A stretch of DNA of 64,000 nucleotides from an uncultured Gammaproteobacteria bacterium (GTDB taxonomy: Bacteria; Patescibacteriota; Patescibacteriia; Magasanikbacterales; GWA2-37-8): NCBI GenBank assembly GCA_964596525.1, contig CAZQUL010000001.1, forward strand, positions 204,830-268,829, written 5' to 3'. Every line of letters begins with the position of its first letter. The first letter of the stretch is position 1. The notes beneath the pieces are model-generated. The model was given only the letters and a program-made list of their open reading frames with translations, was not told the origin of the DNA and made no database searches. Shown here in pieces: positions 1 through 9,908 of this stretch. The position numbers and the translations under genes were made by a program.

Positions 1-308
1 CGTCGATAAGGCGCTCGTTGGTGACAATAAGGACATCAAGATAATAACTCGTGAAAGCCGAGAAATAAAATACGATGAGCATGAGGTAGTACGCGCTCCC
101 GAGTGGCACAGCCGCGGCATACAGCGGCTCGCTGATACTAATTCCTTCGGGGAAAATAAAGCCCATGATCTGCACAAAAATGAGCGGCATGAGAGCGAGC
201 GTGGCAAACCCAACGGTTGTTGCTACGAAGGTAATGGGATGCGGGCGGATGACCGCAACGATCTTTTCGTACGGTTTTTCGTGGATGAACGCAGCGAGGC
301 TCATAGGT
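1..308 (-). CDS. hypothetical membrane protein, 3' end cut by window edge (two TM helices then a YdbS/bacterial-PH-like 'TNERLI' segment)
   Basis: ATG at 306-308 on minus strand; revcomp translation MSLAAFIHEKPYEKIVAVIRPHPITFVATTVGFATLALMPLIF...YYLDVLIVTNERLID runs off the window start. Confidence 0.4.
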
Positions 309-572
309 TTATATACCTAAATTTTGCGAATAACTAGCAGTTTCGGCACCAATCGTCAGGCTGTGCGACCAGTTGATTTGGTGGGCAAACTCGTAGGTAA
401 TCTCGAACGTGATGATAGTAAGGATGATGAGAACGGCCGTAACGCAAAGGCTACCCGCCGTTATAGAACCCGTGGCTACGAGGTGGACGATATTAACGAC
501 GAAAAAGAAAAGGAAGATCGCTACGAAAAGACCGTATATGGCCAAAAAGATGGTGAAAGGAATTTGGATCAT
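309..572 (-). CDS. small hydrophobic membrane protein (87 aa)
   Basis: ORF track; start codon 570-572 sits 2 nt after the ruvB stop (575-577), suggesting an operon; strongly hydrophobic sequence. Confidence 0.35.
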   Translation of the reverse strand: MIQIPFTIFLAIYGLFVAIFLFFFVVNIVHLVATGSITAGSLCVTAVLIILTIITFEITYEFAHQINWSHSLTIGAETASYSQNLGI

Positions 573-574
573 AC

Positions 575-1672
575 TTAGAGAAGCGTTGGTAACTCACGGA
601 ACGTAAGGCCTAAATGCTGATAGGCTCCGCGCGTAGCTTTGCGGCCGCGCGGCGTACGTTCCAGAAAACCAATCTGCAATAAAAAAGGTTCGTAGACTTC
701 TTCGAGGGTGGCGGTTTCTTCGGCCAAAGCTGCCGCGAGCGTAGAGATGCCTACCGGGCCGCCGCCGAATTTTTCAATAAGAACGGTCAGGAGCCGACGG
801 TCTACTTCATCAAGACCGTACTGGTCGATGGCAAGAAGCGCGAGCCCTGCCTCAGCGATTGCCGCAGATATTGTACCATCCCCTTCGATTTCAGCAATAT
901 CGCGCATGCGTTTAAGCAGGCGGTTGGCGATACGTGGTGTGCGGCGGGCGCGCTCGGCAATAAGACGCACCGCAGAAGGATCGATCGCAACATCCAAAAC
1001 CCGCGCGCTGCGCTCGATGATAGCGGCCAATTCTTCTACTTCATAGAACGACAAATGAAACGTATGGCCGAAACGGTCGCGCAGAGGTGCGGCGATAAGA
1101 CTGAGCTTGGTGGTGGCGCCGATGAGCGTGAACTTGGGGAGCGGCATGCGCAGCGTACGCGCCGAGGGGCCTTTGCCAATAATGATATCGAGCACAAAAT
1201 CCTCCAGTGCCGGGTAGAGCACTTCTTCGATAGCTTTATTGAGCCGGTGGATTTCGTCGATAAAAAGCACATCACCCGGCTGCAGGTTGGACAAAATCGC
1301 GGCTAAATCCCCGACTTTTTCGAGCGCTGGACCGGATGTGACTTTGAAATTTGAACCCATTTCTTTAGCAATGATATGCGAAAGGGTTGTTTTGCCGAGT
1401 CCGGGATTGCCATACAAAAGCACATGCTCGATAGGCTCGGCGCGTTTTTTGGCAGCTTCGAGCGCAATGGTGAGCGTTTGCTTGATGTGGGCTTGGCCGA
1501 TGAATTCTTTGAGCGTCTCGGGACGGAGCGTCTGTTCGGTGGTTTCTTCAGGCGCAGCCGTAGGGGCGATAAGGCGCTCAGAGGGTTCGTCGGCCGCGTG
1601 CGATGGAGGGATGAAAAAATTCATACGCGATATGTTCTTGACACTATACACCCAAGACCCGGGGATGGCCAA
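575..1672 (-). CDS. ruvB: Holliday junction branch migration ATPase RuvB
   Basis: [10 protein letters not shown] Walker [11 protein letters not shown] Walker B, RuvB-like length and C-terminal winged helix ([14 protein letters not shown]). Confidence 0.95.
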   Translation of the reverse strand: MAIPGSWVYSVKNISRMNFFIPPSHAADEPSERLIAPTAAPEETTEQTLRPETLKEFIGQAHIKQTLTIALEAAKKRAEPIEHVLLYGNPGLGKTTLSHIIAKEMGSNFKVTSGPALEKVGDLAAILSNLQPGDVLFIDEIHRLNKAIEEVLYPALEDFVLDIIIGKGPSARTLRMPLPKFTLIGATTKLSLIAAPLRDRFGHTFHLSFYEVEELAAIIERSARVLDVAIDPSAVRLIAERARRTPRIANRLLKRMRDIAEIEGDGTISAAIAEAGLALLAIDQYGLDEVDRRLLTVLIEKFGGGPVGISTLAAALAEETATLEEVYEPFLLQIGFLERTPRGRKATRGAYQHLGLTFRELPTLL

Positions 1673-1720
1673 TTCGCGACGTTTAAAAACAAAAGAGGCT
1701 AGGAACCGAAGTTCGTAGCC

Positions 1721-2233
1721 TTAGCCGTAGTAGATACGGACTTTGACTGGCAGCGTGCCGAAATATTCGGCGGCACGGCGCACGGCTTCATCGATGTTAG
1801 TCAAGCCGCATCCGCAGCTCCAGCCGACAGCAACACCCAAACGGGCGACGTCGAATTCCTTGAAAATCTCCACTAAGAGCTTTCGCACCGGCTCGATATT
1901 ATCCGGCGCAATCTCCTCTGGAGTGGCAGCAGCGACGAATGTCGTTTCGGGAGGGACATCCGGAATAGGATGTCCGACCGCTTTTTCGATCTTCTGGCGA
2001 GAAACCACGTTTTTGCGGTATTCTCCGGGAGCAAGCTCTGGCTTACGCAAATCCCAGATGCCAGTCTCGGTCAAATCCAGGCCAAGACCGCTCGTCACGA
2101 GAAGGGGTCGGCGCCCTTCATCGGATGGCACGGCAGGCACGAAAAAGATTTTAAGGGCAGCACGATCGGTCAGGAGGTTGCCGTTCACCTTCCGGACGCC
2201 CTTCACTCGCCCACTTCCGTTTCCATTACCCAT
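1721..2233 (-). CDS. hypothetical protein (170 aa), conserved C-terminal GWSCGCG motif
   Basis: Internal ATG at 2231-2233 preceded by AAAGGAGGTG RBS (revcomp of 2236-2245); the longer track ORF 1721..2314 probably over-extends at its 5' end. Confidence 0.6.
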   Translation of the reverse strand: MGNGNGSGRVKGVRKVNGNLLTDRAALKIFFVPAVPSDEGRRPLLVTSGLGLDLTETGIWDLRKPELAPGEYRKNVVSRQKIEKAVGHPIPDVPPETTFVAAATPEEIAPDNIEPVRKLLVEIFKEFDVARLGVAVGWSCGCGLTNIDEAVRRAAEYFGTLPVKVRIYYG

Positions 2234-2353
2234 CGGCCACCTCCTTTCTCGGGGCACTAAGGGGATTATGGACTTCCATGCTGGTACGATGGCACGTTTT
2301 TTGCGTGTCGTCAAGACTATGATGGGATAGTCTAACCATGAAGACAGGCCTCT

Positions 2354-2617
2354 CTAGGGAAGATCGACCCCCCCTTGTTGCCACGGATGACAGCGCGCCA
2401 CCCGCCGCAAGCCCTTCATTAACCCACGGATCACTCCGTAGGCCATAACGGCCTGCCGCGTATATTCGCTGCATGTAGGGTAAAACGGACAGTAACCCCC
2501 AGGATAACGGTATTTTCGCCAACTATGATCAGGAGACAAGGTGGCTTGATAGACCCGTATTAGCCCGGCAAGCACATAGCGAGGGAGAAGTACGACCTTG
2601 CCCAACCGGAAATTCAT
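2354..2617 (-). CDS. yidD: membrane protein insertion efficiency factor YidD
   Basis: LIRVYQATLSP...CPFYPTCSEYTRQAV...GLRRVARCHPWQQGGVD matches the YidD/hemolytic-domain signature; 4-nt overlap with rnpA. Confidence 0.9.
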   Translation of the reverse strand: MNFRLGKVVLLPRYVLAGLIRVYQATLSPDHSWRKYRYPGGYCPFYPTCSEYTRQAVMAYGVIRGLMKGLRRVARCHPWQQGGVDLP

Positions 2618-3024
2618 ACGTGTTTAGCCACCACCAAGCGGGCCTGCCGGAGAAGTTCCGTAAGCTCAGCTTGTACCACGGAAAACGGCAGTCGGGTTAA
2701 TACTGCTGACTTAGCGATAATTAAAAAAAATACGCCCGGCGTGATCTGACCAGCGGCAAGCAACGGATAGACAACAGCTCGAACACGACGGCGCAGGCGG
2801 TTACGCACAACGGCGCGCTTTTCTCCTTTGATAGTAACGCTCGTTGCGTAACGGATCTGCATAGAGTAACGACGAGGATCTTCGTGAGGCGGCAAAAGAT
2901 GGGCAGGTAAACGCGTTAAATGGAGGCATTTAAGCGAAAAATGAAGACTATTAAACCACCGCCCCTGAGCGAGAAGGAGGTCGAAATCCCTTTTTTTGGC
3001 AAGACGAAAAACAGCGGAAGGCAT
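2614..3024 (-). CDS. rnpA: ribonuclease P protein component RnpA
   Basis: LAKKRDFDLL...RNRLRRRVRAVV RnpA motifs; conserved rpmH-rnpA-yidD order. Confidence 0.85.
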   Translation of the reverse strand: MPSAVFRLAKKRDFDLLLAQGRWFNSLHFSLKCLHLTRLPAHLLPPHEDPRRYSMQIRYATSVTIKGEKRAVVRNRLRRRVRAVVYPLLAAGQITPGVFFLIIAKSAVLTRLPFSVVQAELTELLRQARLVVAKHV

Positions 3025-3082
3025 ACTCTTTTAAACACAACCGCCTTTAACGTAAAAGGCGGTTGTGCGAGAGATGAGTGGA

Positions 3083-3259
3083 TTAGCGGGTTTTGCGAGC
3101 GCGCTTTCCTTTCACTTCATCGGAAACGGTAAGTTTCTTGCGGCCTTTGGCGCGGCGGCGAGCAAGAACGGCACGACCTTGTTTTGTGGCCATGCGTTTG
3201 CGGAAACCATGCGCCTTAGCGCGTTTGCGCTTCTTGGGCTGGTATGTTCTCTTGGGCAT
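3083..3259 (-). CDS. rpmH: 50S ribosomal protein L34 (58 aa), absent from the ORF track because it is under 60 aa
   Basis: Manual revcomp translation of 3083-3259 gives [58 protein letters not shown]; canonical L34 core; sits upstream of rnpA. Confidence 0.9.
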   Translation of the reverse strand: MPKRTYQPKKRKRAKAHGFRKRMATKQGRAVLARRRAKGRKKLTVSDEVKGKRARKTR

Positions 3260-3395
3260 AGAGACTTCGGGGAAGACAATAAAAAAGTATTGATAGTATA
3301 AAGAAGTGGAGTGTGTTTGTCAATGGATGGGTGCATCCTTGCCTATATTCTTAATTAAAAACTCCTACCGGGTTGGGGTAAGAGGGATGGGAAAA

Positions 3396-4376
3396 CTAAG
3401 GTGTGTAGACGCCGAGAGTTGCGAGATCTATCGCAGCAGCCATACTGGTCGCGAACTCATGGCGAGAAAAATCATACTTTGTGTGCCCTTGCACCGCCTG
3501 GCTAAAGTGCTGCATAAGGGCAGGATAACGCAGGTCGTCGCTGATCCGCTCACCGACGCGCGTACTGAACACGCTCGTATCGTGATCATGACGGGTAAGA
3601 ATGCCGGTCTTAGTGCACAACCGCGCTGCACCCCGCTCAAACCGGAGTGCAATCTCTTGCGGGTTTGGACTATTTTTAAGCAGACGAGTGCCGGAGAAGA
3701 GAAAAGAAACACCGTCGGCACGGGTTCCGGCAACTGAATAGCGCAGCGGTTCGTGCACCAGACACACGGCCCGGAACGGACACGGATCAAGCAAACCTGC
3801 CAGGAAATCAAGTTTCTGGGGAAGGTGATCAATAAGCAAGTTGCGAGAGAGAAATACGGTGCTTTCAGGGCGTTGGAAGGAAAAATCGATATGAACGGAA
3901 ATGAGCCGGCCGTAGCCGGGATCGGCACGAGCGTTAGACTGAACGACCTGCTTCATATAGAGATGCGCCGGATCAAAGCGCCGCCCCGAACAGGTGGAGA
4001 CAACGAGGCGTTTTTCGGTAGCAATGGTCAAAGCTTCTTGCACAAGCGCCATACCCGGTCTATCAACAGCAAGAGGCTTGTCGACAAAAACATGCTTTCC
4101 GGCCTTTACTGCTGCTAAGAGATGCGCCGGATGCTGCTCGTCGGGAGAAGCAATAAGAACCGCCTCGACGGCGGGGGTGGTAATGAGCTCTTCGGGCGAT
4201 ACGCATACCACAGGCGGCGATACAACTGTTTCGCTGATTAGAGCTCTATTCTCGGGCAGAGGGTCGTACAACGCAGAGAGCATGAAGCTGTTAAACCGGC
4301 AATGGGCAACATGTGCCCGCACGACGTGCTTAATGCGCTCTTTGTCTCCAGGTCCGATAACTCCATACCTGATCAT
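3396..4376 (-). CDS. Gfo/Idh/MocA-family NAD(P)-dependent oxidoreductase
   Basis: N-terminal Rossmann IRYGVIGPG...; KHVFVDKPLA consensus of the family. Confidence 0.8.
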   Translation of the reverse strand: MIRYGVIGPGDKERIKHVVRAHVAHCRFNSFMLSALYDPLPENRALISETVVSPPVVCVSPEELITTPAVEAVLIASPDEQHPAHLLAAVKAGKHVFVDKPLAVDRPGMALVQEALTIATEKRLVVSTCSGRRFDPAHLYMKQVVQSNARADPGYGRLISVHIDFSFQRPESTVFLSRNLLIDHLPQKLDFLAGLLDPCPFRAVCLVHEPLRYSVAGTRADGVSFLFSGTRLLKNSPNPQEIALRFERGAARLCTKTGILTRHDHDTSVFSTRVGERISDDLRYPALMQHFSQAVQGHTKYDFSRHEFATSMAAAIDLATLGVYTP

Positions 4377-4496
4377 ACGTACCTCCTTATGGGGAGCATA
4401 CTAGCCCTCTCTCGATAAAAGATCAAATCAAAAGTGACTAAAAATCACCCACAGAAGCAGGTGACGGTCATCTAAGCGAAACAAACGCATGAAGGG

Positions 4497-4883
4497 CTAA
4501 GGGCGAAGCGGGGGGAGAGATTTGGGATCTCGTGGCTTTAAGGGAGAACAGTGCACACGGACACCCCATGTTACTTCGCAACTACCATCGGAGTGGAACG
4601 TGCTGCAGACAGCGCTTAATTCCAGCTTACCGCCTTTACAGCAGATGTAGGTTCGTACCAGATCATCGTTATAATCCCTAGAGAGAAACAGAAACGCTGG
4701 GCCGAGCGGCGTAACGATTGTTTCGTGAAACTCGGCGGCCACAATTGAAATATCTTTTACCTGCTCAGGGTGAAGGATAATTTCTCCCGGCGGAAGCATT
4801 AAGACTAGCCCTGCCCAGACCGAAGATACGGCACAAAGCACATAACACAGAACGAGAACGCAGCACAGTTTGTATATACGCAT
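4497..4883 (-). CDS. hypothetical exported/membrane-anchored protein (128 aa)
   Basis: ATG at 4881-4883 with strong RBS AGGAGGGA (revcomp of 4886-4895); N-terminal hydrophobic stretch. Confidence 0.6.
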   Translation of the reverse strand: MRIYKLCCVLVLCYVLCAVSSVWAGLVLMLPPGEIILHPEQVKDISIVAAEFHETIVTPLGPAFLFLSRDYNDDLVRTYICCKGGKLELSAVCSTFHSDGSCEVTWGVRVHCSPLKPRDPKSLPPLRP

Positions 4884-4951
4884 GATCCCTCCTAGGAGGA
4901 GGGATAAGCGAAAAAACGACACCTGTCAATAATAATGAGGCACAACACGGC

Positions 4952-6460
4952 TTACTTAACTTCAAGGCGTTTTATTTTCTGCGGCAGCATGTCTTTAATC
5001 CAGGTGCCGATGGAGCGACGGGCTTTCATCGCCGCTTTGATATGATGCTTGGCGTGCTGAGTTTTGACGAACTTGAGCCAATCGCTCGCTGGACCTTTGC
5101 GGTTTTTATCGACGACAATCTCTACCATATCGCCGCTATTAAGCGGCGTAGAAAGACTCACCATCTGGTCGTTGACGCGCGCACCTGTGGCCGTGTTACC
5201 GATGTCGCTGTGAATATGGTACGCAAAATCCACTGGAGTGGCGAATTCCGGCAGATCGATAACATCGCCGCGTGGCGTAAAACAAAAGATACGGTTTTGA
5301 AAAAAATCGATTTTGAGCTCTTCGACATCAGAAAGATCTTGAAGCACCTCCTGCTGGATACGCACTAGTTCTTTGGCCCAGGCTACGTCGCGAGCTGGCA
5401 TGCGTGAACCGTTTTCATCGTAGTGCCAGTGCGCAGCTACGCCGTACTCGGCTTCTTGGTGCATCTCAAGGGTGCGGATCTGGATTTCGACTACCTTGCC
5501 CTGGTCGCAGAATACCGTGGTGTGGAGCGATTGGTAACCATTAGGCTTGGGTTGGGAAATATAGTCTTTGATGCGGCCACGCAGAGGTTTCCAGAGGTGA
5601 TGAATAATGCCGAGCGTGGCGTAGCAATCGGCTACGGTTTTAACGATGACGCGCAAAGCAATGATATCGTAGATAGCCTCTTTCTCCCAGTTTTTGCTGA
5701 CGAGTTTTTGATATAAGCTATACAGCTGTTTTTTACGGCCGTGCACTTCGACGAAATTGATACCCGCGCGCTTAAGCTCGTCACGGATGCGCTCCATGAC
5801 GGTTTCGAGGTAGGCTTCTTGGTCAGAGATGAGGCGGTCGCGGATGGCTTTGGTACGCTCAAAATCTTTGGGGTAGAGATAGCTGAAAGAATAATCTTCG
5901 AGGTACCCGCGGAATTCGCTCATGCCGAGGCGATTGGCGATAGGCGCAAGGATTTCGAGGCTTTCGAGCGCAATACGTTTGGCTTTTTCGGGTGGAAGCG
6001 CAGCGAGAGTGGAGAGGTTATGCACGCGGTCGGCGAATTTGATGATCATGACACGCACATCTTCGGCCATAGCGACGAACATTTTGCGCAGGTTTTCGAT
6101 ATAGCGCTCGACACCGCGGTATTTGAGCTTGCCAAGCTTGGTAATACCACGGATCATGCCGGCAATATCAGCACCGAAATTAGCTTCGATTTCTTCGAGT
6201 GTGACCGCGGTATCTTCGGGCACATCATGCAGAAGCGTGGCGATGATGATCGGCACCTCGATTTTCATGGTTGAAAGAAGGTAGGCAGCCGCAAGTGGAT
6301 GCACGATGTAGGGTTCGCCTGATTTACGGAACTGTCCCTCGTGGGCTTTGGCGGCAAATTCGCACGCCAAACGTACCAGCTCCACGTCGCCAGCATGATA
6401 GGTACGGATTTCATCGATAACTTTATCGATGGTGATATGAGGGGGAAACAGTTCGCGCAC
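4952..6460 (-). CDS. rel: bifunctional (p)ppGpp synthetase/hydrolase, RelA/SpoT family (HD + synthetase + TGS domains, no ACT/RRM tail)
   Basis: HD hydrolase motif (LLHDVPEDT), RelA_SpoT synthetase core (YQSLHTTV...), TGS-like C-terminus; at 502 aa it is shorter than typical long RSH enzymes. Confidence 0.9.
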   Translation of the reverse strand: MRELFPPHITIDKVIDEIRTYHAGDVELVRLACEFAAKAHEGQFRKSGEPYIVHPLAAAYLLSTMKIEVPIIIATLLHDVPEDTAVTLEEIEANFGADIAGMIRGITKLGKLKYRGVERYIENLRKMFVAMAEDVRVMIIKFADRVHNLSTLAALPPEKAKRIALESLEILAPIANRLGMSEFRGYLEDYSFSYLYPKDFERTKAIRDRLISDQEAYLETVMERIRDELKRAGINFVEVHGRKKQLYSLYQKLVSKNWEKEAIYDIIALRVIVKTVADCYATLGIIHHLWKPLRGRIKDYISQPKPNGYQSLHTTVFCDQGKVVEIQIRTLEMHQEAEYGVAAHWHYDENGSRMPARDVAWAKELVRIQQEVLQDLSDVEELKIDFFQNRIFCFTPRGDVIDLPEFATPVDFAYHIHSDIGNTATGARVNDQMVSLSTPLNSGDMVEIVVDKNRKGPASDWLKFVKTQHAKHHIKAAMKARRSIGTWIKDMLPQKIKRLEVK

Positions 6461-6574
6461 AGACGAAAAAGTTTATATATAACTATGATTATTTAGTATA
6501 AACAGCGCGCTTCAAGAACGCAACAGAGCTGTTAATGCAAAAAGACCCGGGGGCGGGTCTTTTCAAAAAAGAGG

Positions 6575-6808
6575 CTAGGGCGGGGGTCCCTGGCAGGTGC
6601 CGTCAACACCGACAACCTGCCCAAAACCGCACTGGCTAAATGTGGACTGGCCGCACCCCTTGCTGGACGCGGTATTCACTGCGGGCTTGACAGTGGCGTC
6701 GGTCGAAGAAGACGTGACCGTCGCATCCGCCGCACCTTCGTTCTCACCGACTCCCATTTGGGTGGCGAGAAGTCCGAGGCAAATCCCAATCAGAAACAGT
6801 CTACGCAT
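6575..6808 (-). CDS. small secreted Cys-containing protein
   Basis: Internal M (MRRLFLIGICLGLLATQ signal peptide) preceded by GGAGGA RBS; start coordinate set by codon arithmetic from the ORF track and may be off by 1. Confidence 0.5.
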   Translation of the reverse strand: MRRLFLIGICLGLLATQMGVGENEGAADATVTSSSTDATVKPAVNTASSKGCGQSTFSQCGFGQVVGVDGTCQGPPP

Positions 6809-6892
6809 AAGGTCCTCCTCTCGTCGCAAGGACGAGTTCGCTCTTAGTATAATAACTTGGCAAACGAAGTGCAATCGGGATAAATTAGTAGA

Positions 6893-7663
6893 TTATTTTC
6901 CTTTGCGACGTTCGGTGGCATGATAGATATCACAGGCTTTGTCGAACTCAGCGGTATCGAAGGCCGGCCACCAGGTATCGGTAAAATAAAGCTGCGCATC
7001 GCTTACGTCCCACATCATGAAACCGCTTGAAAGATGCGGACTACCGCCGGTACGGATGACCAGATCAACTGCGGGTAAATCCGCGGTATATAAATGCTTT
7101 TTGATCGTTTCGGAGGTAATATCAAGCGCTTTGGCACCCTGAGAAGCAATGGTGCGTACCGCTGCCGTCATTTCTTCAATACCGCTATAGGCCATGAGGA
7201 ACGTAAGATGGCGGCGTGTAAACGAAGCGGTTTTAGCCATTAGATTGTCCAGCGTAACAATGAGATCGGCGGGGAAAAACTCACGCCACCGACCCACAAT
7301 GCGCACCCGTACCTGATCGCGGATAAGTGTTTCATTTTCAAGAAGCCGTGTAAAATGCGAGCCAAAAATTTTCATGAGAAAACCGATCTCTTCGGGCGTG
7401 CGCTTATTTAGGTTGTCAATCGAACATCCCCACAGCGTAAGATGAGTAACGGATGTGGTAATAGCGTGCTCCAAGATACGCTCCATAGCTTTGGCGCCCT
7501 CCTGATGTCCCATGAAACCCGGCAGGTGGCGTTCTTTGGCCCAACGGCGGTTACCGTCGGGGATAATAGCAACGTGAAACGACTGTTCAGCGGGCGACAT
7601 AGCTAAAAAATTAGCGAAAAAAACAAGTACAGGGATGGTAGCAGAAAGCAGTGTCCGCTTCAA
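6893..7663 (-). CDS. uppS: undecaprenyl-diphosphate synthase (cis-prenyltransferase); true start possibly M22 at about 7600
   Basis: HVAIIPDGNRRWA hallmark motif; full-length UPPS architecture. Confidence 0.9.
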   Translation of the reverse strand: MKRTLLSATIPVLVFFANFLAMSPAEQSFHVAIIPDGNRRWAKERHLPGFMGHQEGAKAMERILEHAITTSVTHLTLWGCSIDNLNKRTPEEIGFLMKIFGSHFTRLLENETLIRDQVRVRIVGRWREFFPADLIVTLDNLMAKTASFTRRHLTFLMAYSGIEEMTAAVRTIASQGAKALDITSETIKKHLYTADLPAVDLVIRTGGSPHLSSGFMMWDVSDAQLYFTDTWWPAFDTAEFDKACDIYHATERRKGK

Positions 7664-7758
7664 GCGTTAGTTTAAAAACATTCTTGACACATGACATTCT
7701 TTGTCTTAGACAAGTAACAATGTTTTTCGGTATTACTAGAAAGACAAGGAGTAAAACC

Positions 7759-9162
7759 ATGCGTTCTTTTTCTCAGCACCGTTCTTGGCTGTTTGCAGTC
7801 GTCGTTTTTTTGGCGCCGCTTGCGGTCGGGTATGTGGTTCCGCACCATGAACGGATCGTCTCAGGGCTCGGTCTTTTGAGCTTAGCTTCGCTCGCCTGGA
7901 TACTCGGTTCAAACCGCCGCATCGTACCCTGGCGCGTGGTTGTGGGCGGGCTCGCGCTGCAACTTCTCATGGGATTTATCATTCTTTCGCCGGGCGTGCA
8001 GCAGTTTTTCTTCACGATCGTCGACGGCGGAATCCAGTGGCTTTCCAAGCGCATTGAAAAGGGACCGGAATTCCTGTTTCAAACACTCGCACCGCACACG
8101 GTCCTCGACGCGAGCGGGAAGATGCCGATCGCGGTAACCGGTCGCGCATCACCTGGGATCATTACGTTCGCGACGTGGGTGCTCTCGTCGATCGTCGTAT
8201 ACTCGGCGTTCCTCGCAGTGCTCTTCCACATCGGGCTTTTGCCGCGGCTCGTTGCACTCCTCGCGCGCGCCATGCACTGGACTATGCGCATCTCGGGCGC
8301 TGAAGCGCTTTCTACTGCCGCCAATATCGTGCTCGGGCAGTCCGAAGCGCCGCTCGCGATCAAGCCGTTTATGCCACGGCTTACGCGTTCGGAGTTGTTC
8401 TGCATCATGCTTGGTGGGTTTGCAAATACCGCAGGAACGGTGCTTGCTGCCTACGTGATGATTCTTAAGAATATTCCAGGCATCGCCGGGCACCTCGTCA
8501 CATCATCCCTCATTTCGGCGCCCGCAACCTTGGTGGTGGCGAAGCTCATGTTTCCGGAAACAGAGGAGCCTGAAACAGGGCGCAGCGTGCCTTCAAACCA
8601 CGAAAAGCTTGACGCCAATTTCGTTGACGCGCTCGTGCGCGGCGCACAAGAAGGCTTCACACTCGCCATAAACGTTGGCACCATGCTTCTCGTATTCGTG
8701 GCCGCTGCCGCGGTCGTCGATGGCGCACTCAGCGCGATTATCCCGCTTTATCGCGACGCAGCAGGCTGGCATGTCGGCTACGGCGGAACGGGATTTTCGC
8801 TAAGTGTTCTTCTGGGCTGGCTCTTCACGCCGCTCGCGGCCATAATCGGTGTACCCATTTCAGAGGTATACGCGGTGGGGCAGCTCCTCGGTACGAAGAC
8901 GGTTTTCACCGAATTCATGGCATACATGGACCTTGGCACGCTTATGTCAGGAGACCATCCCCTCTCGCCGCGCACTGCTGTTATTGCGTCGTACGCGCTC
9001 TGCGGATTCGCGAACATCGCATCAATCGGCATTCAGATCGGCGCCTTTGCCTTTCTGACCGGCAAGAACCACGCTGAGATTTCACCGCTCGCGATCCGCG
9101 CCATGTTCGGCGGCATGCTCGCGACGCTCATGACGGCCTGCATCGCCGGTATCTTCACCTAA
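7759..9162 (+). CDS. NupC/CNT-family concentrative nucleoside transporter
   Basis: ATG 7759 after AAGGAG RBS; multi-TM; GQSEAPL and C-terminal GFANIASIGIQIGA motifs typical of NupC-like transporters. Confidence 0.85.
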   Translation: MRSFSQHRSWLFAVVVFLAPLAVGYVVPHHERIVSGLGLLSLASLAWILGSNRRIVPWRVVVGGLALQLLMGFIILSPGVQQFFFTIVDGGIQWLSKRIEKGPEFLFQTLAPHTVLDASGKMPIAVTGRASPGIITFATWVLSSIVVYSAFLAVLFHIGLLPRLVALLARAMHWTMRISGAEALSTAANIVLGQSEAPLAIKPFMPRLTRSELFCIMLGGFANTAGTVLAAYVMILKNIPGIAGHLVTSSLISAPATLVVAKLMFPETEEPETGRSVPSNHEKLDANFVDALVRGAQEGFTLAINVGTMLLVFVAAAAVVDGALSAIIPLYRDAAGWHVGYGGTGFSLSVLLGWLFTPLAAIIGVPISEVYAVGQLLGTKTVFTEFMAYMDLGTLMSGDHPLSPRTAVIASYALCGFANIASIGIQIGAFAFLTGKNHAEISPLAIRAMFGGMLATLMTACIAGIFT

Positions 9163-9196
9163 AAGACCTTTCCTAAAAACGGAAAGGTCGTTTTTA
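9163..9196 (+). terminator. intrinsic terminator downstream of the nucleoside transporter gene
   Basis: gacctttcc-taaaaac-ggaaaggtc hairpin followed by TTTTTA. Confidence 0.7.
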
Positions 9197-9315
9197 TTGC
9201 AGTTCCTATCGTCTGATTTTTTAAAACCATACAGTTCAAACCCCTGTATCCGCGGCACGCATAGCCGAGTAAAAAGCTTTTTGTTATAGTGAAAAAGTGT
9301 TAAGGAGGAGCGATC

Positions 9316-9810
9316 ATGCACATTCCCGTTTCGGTCTTCGTGGGACTGGTTGGCTGGGTGTTTCTGAGCGTTGTTTTGCTCATACGATCCAGAAAGAAAA
9401 TCGACCGCGGCTCGCGAATTTTCAACTGCCCATCGAATGCAGCGGCGCGTGCCGTGGCGGAAATAGTCAGCCAATATCATATCGAACCGCGCTACCGATT
9501 CGACACTACTCTTGTTAAACGCATTCTTTTCGATGATGGCACCGTAGTGACCGTAACCGATCATGAACTACGCGCAATCATGGGCAATTGCGGCGCCGGC
9601 ATCGCACTCACCACTCCCGACCCGGAGCGTGCAGCCGTGAATGCTGCCTGTTTTCTGGAGGAGCAAGGTTTTGAAGCAACAGTACTCGGGGCGCTCGATC
9701 CCGAAGCTTCCCCGAATATCATCTTCCTCGCCTCAAACGCTTTCGACGGCTGGCTGCTCATCTTTCGCCAGAGCGTGCCTATTGATTGGGCACCGCCGCG
9801 TTGGGACTAA
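9316..9810 (+). CDS. hypothetical membrane-anchored protein (164 aa)
   Basis: ATG 9316 preceded by TAAGGAGGAG RBS; N-terminal TM helix. Confidence 0.65.
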   Translation: MHIPVSVFVGLVGWVFLSVVLLIRSRKKIDRGSRIFNCPSNAAARAVAEIVSQYHIEPRYRFDTTLVKRILFDDGTVVTVTDHELRAIMGNCGAGIALTTPDPERAAVNAACFLEEQGFEATVLGALDPEASPNIIFLASNAFDGWLLIFRQSVPIDWAPPRWD

Positions 9811-9908
9811 GATGTATGATTTATTTTGATCTTTTTACGATAAAACGCAGCGTTCGGCTGCGTTTTTGGTTAACCAACCATACAAAAACCCGCCGGTTTC
9901 GGGCGGGT

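Noticed and set aside
708-1718. Several plus-strand ORFs (708-1046, 1055-1306, 1239-1718, 1376-1702) inside ruvB
   Set aside because: All are antisense to the highly conserved ruvB coding sequence, and their Arg/Ser/Ala-rich translations are typical of GC-rich antisense frames.
3260-3400. Possible oriC next to rpmH
   Set aside because: No cluster of DnaA boxes (TTATCCACA-like) and no dnaA gene are present. The region looks like an ordinary divergent intergenic spacer.
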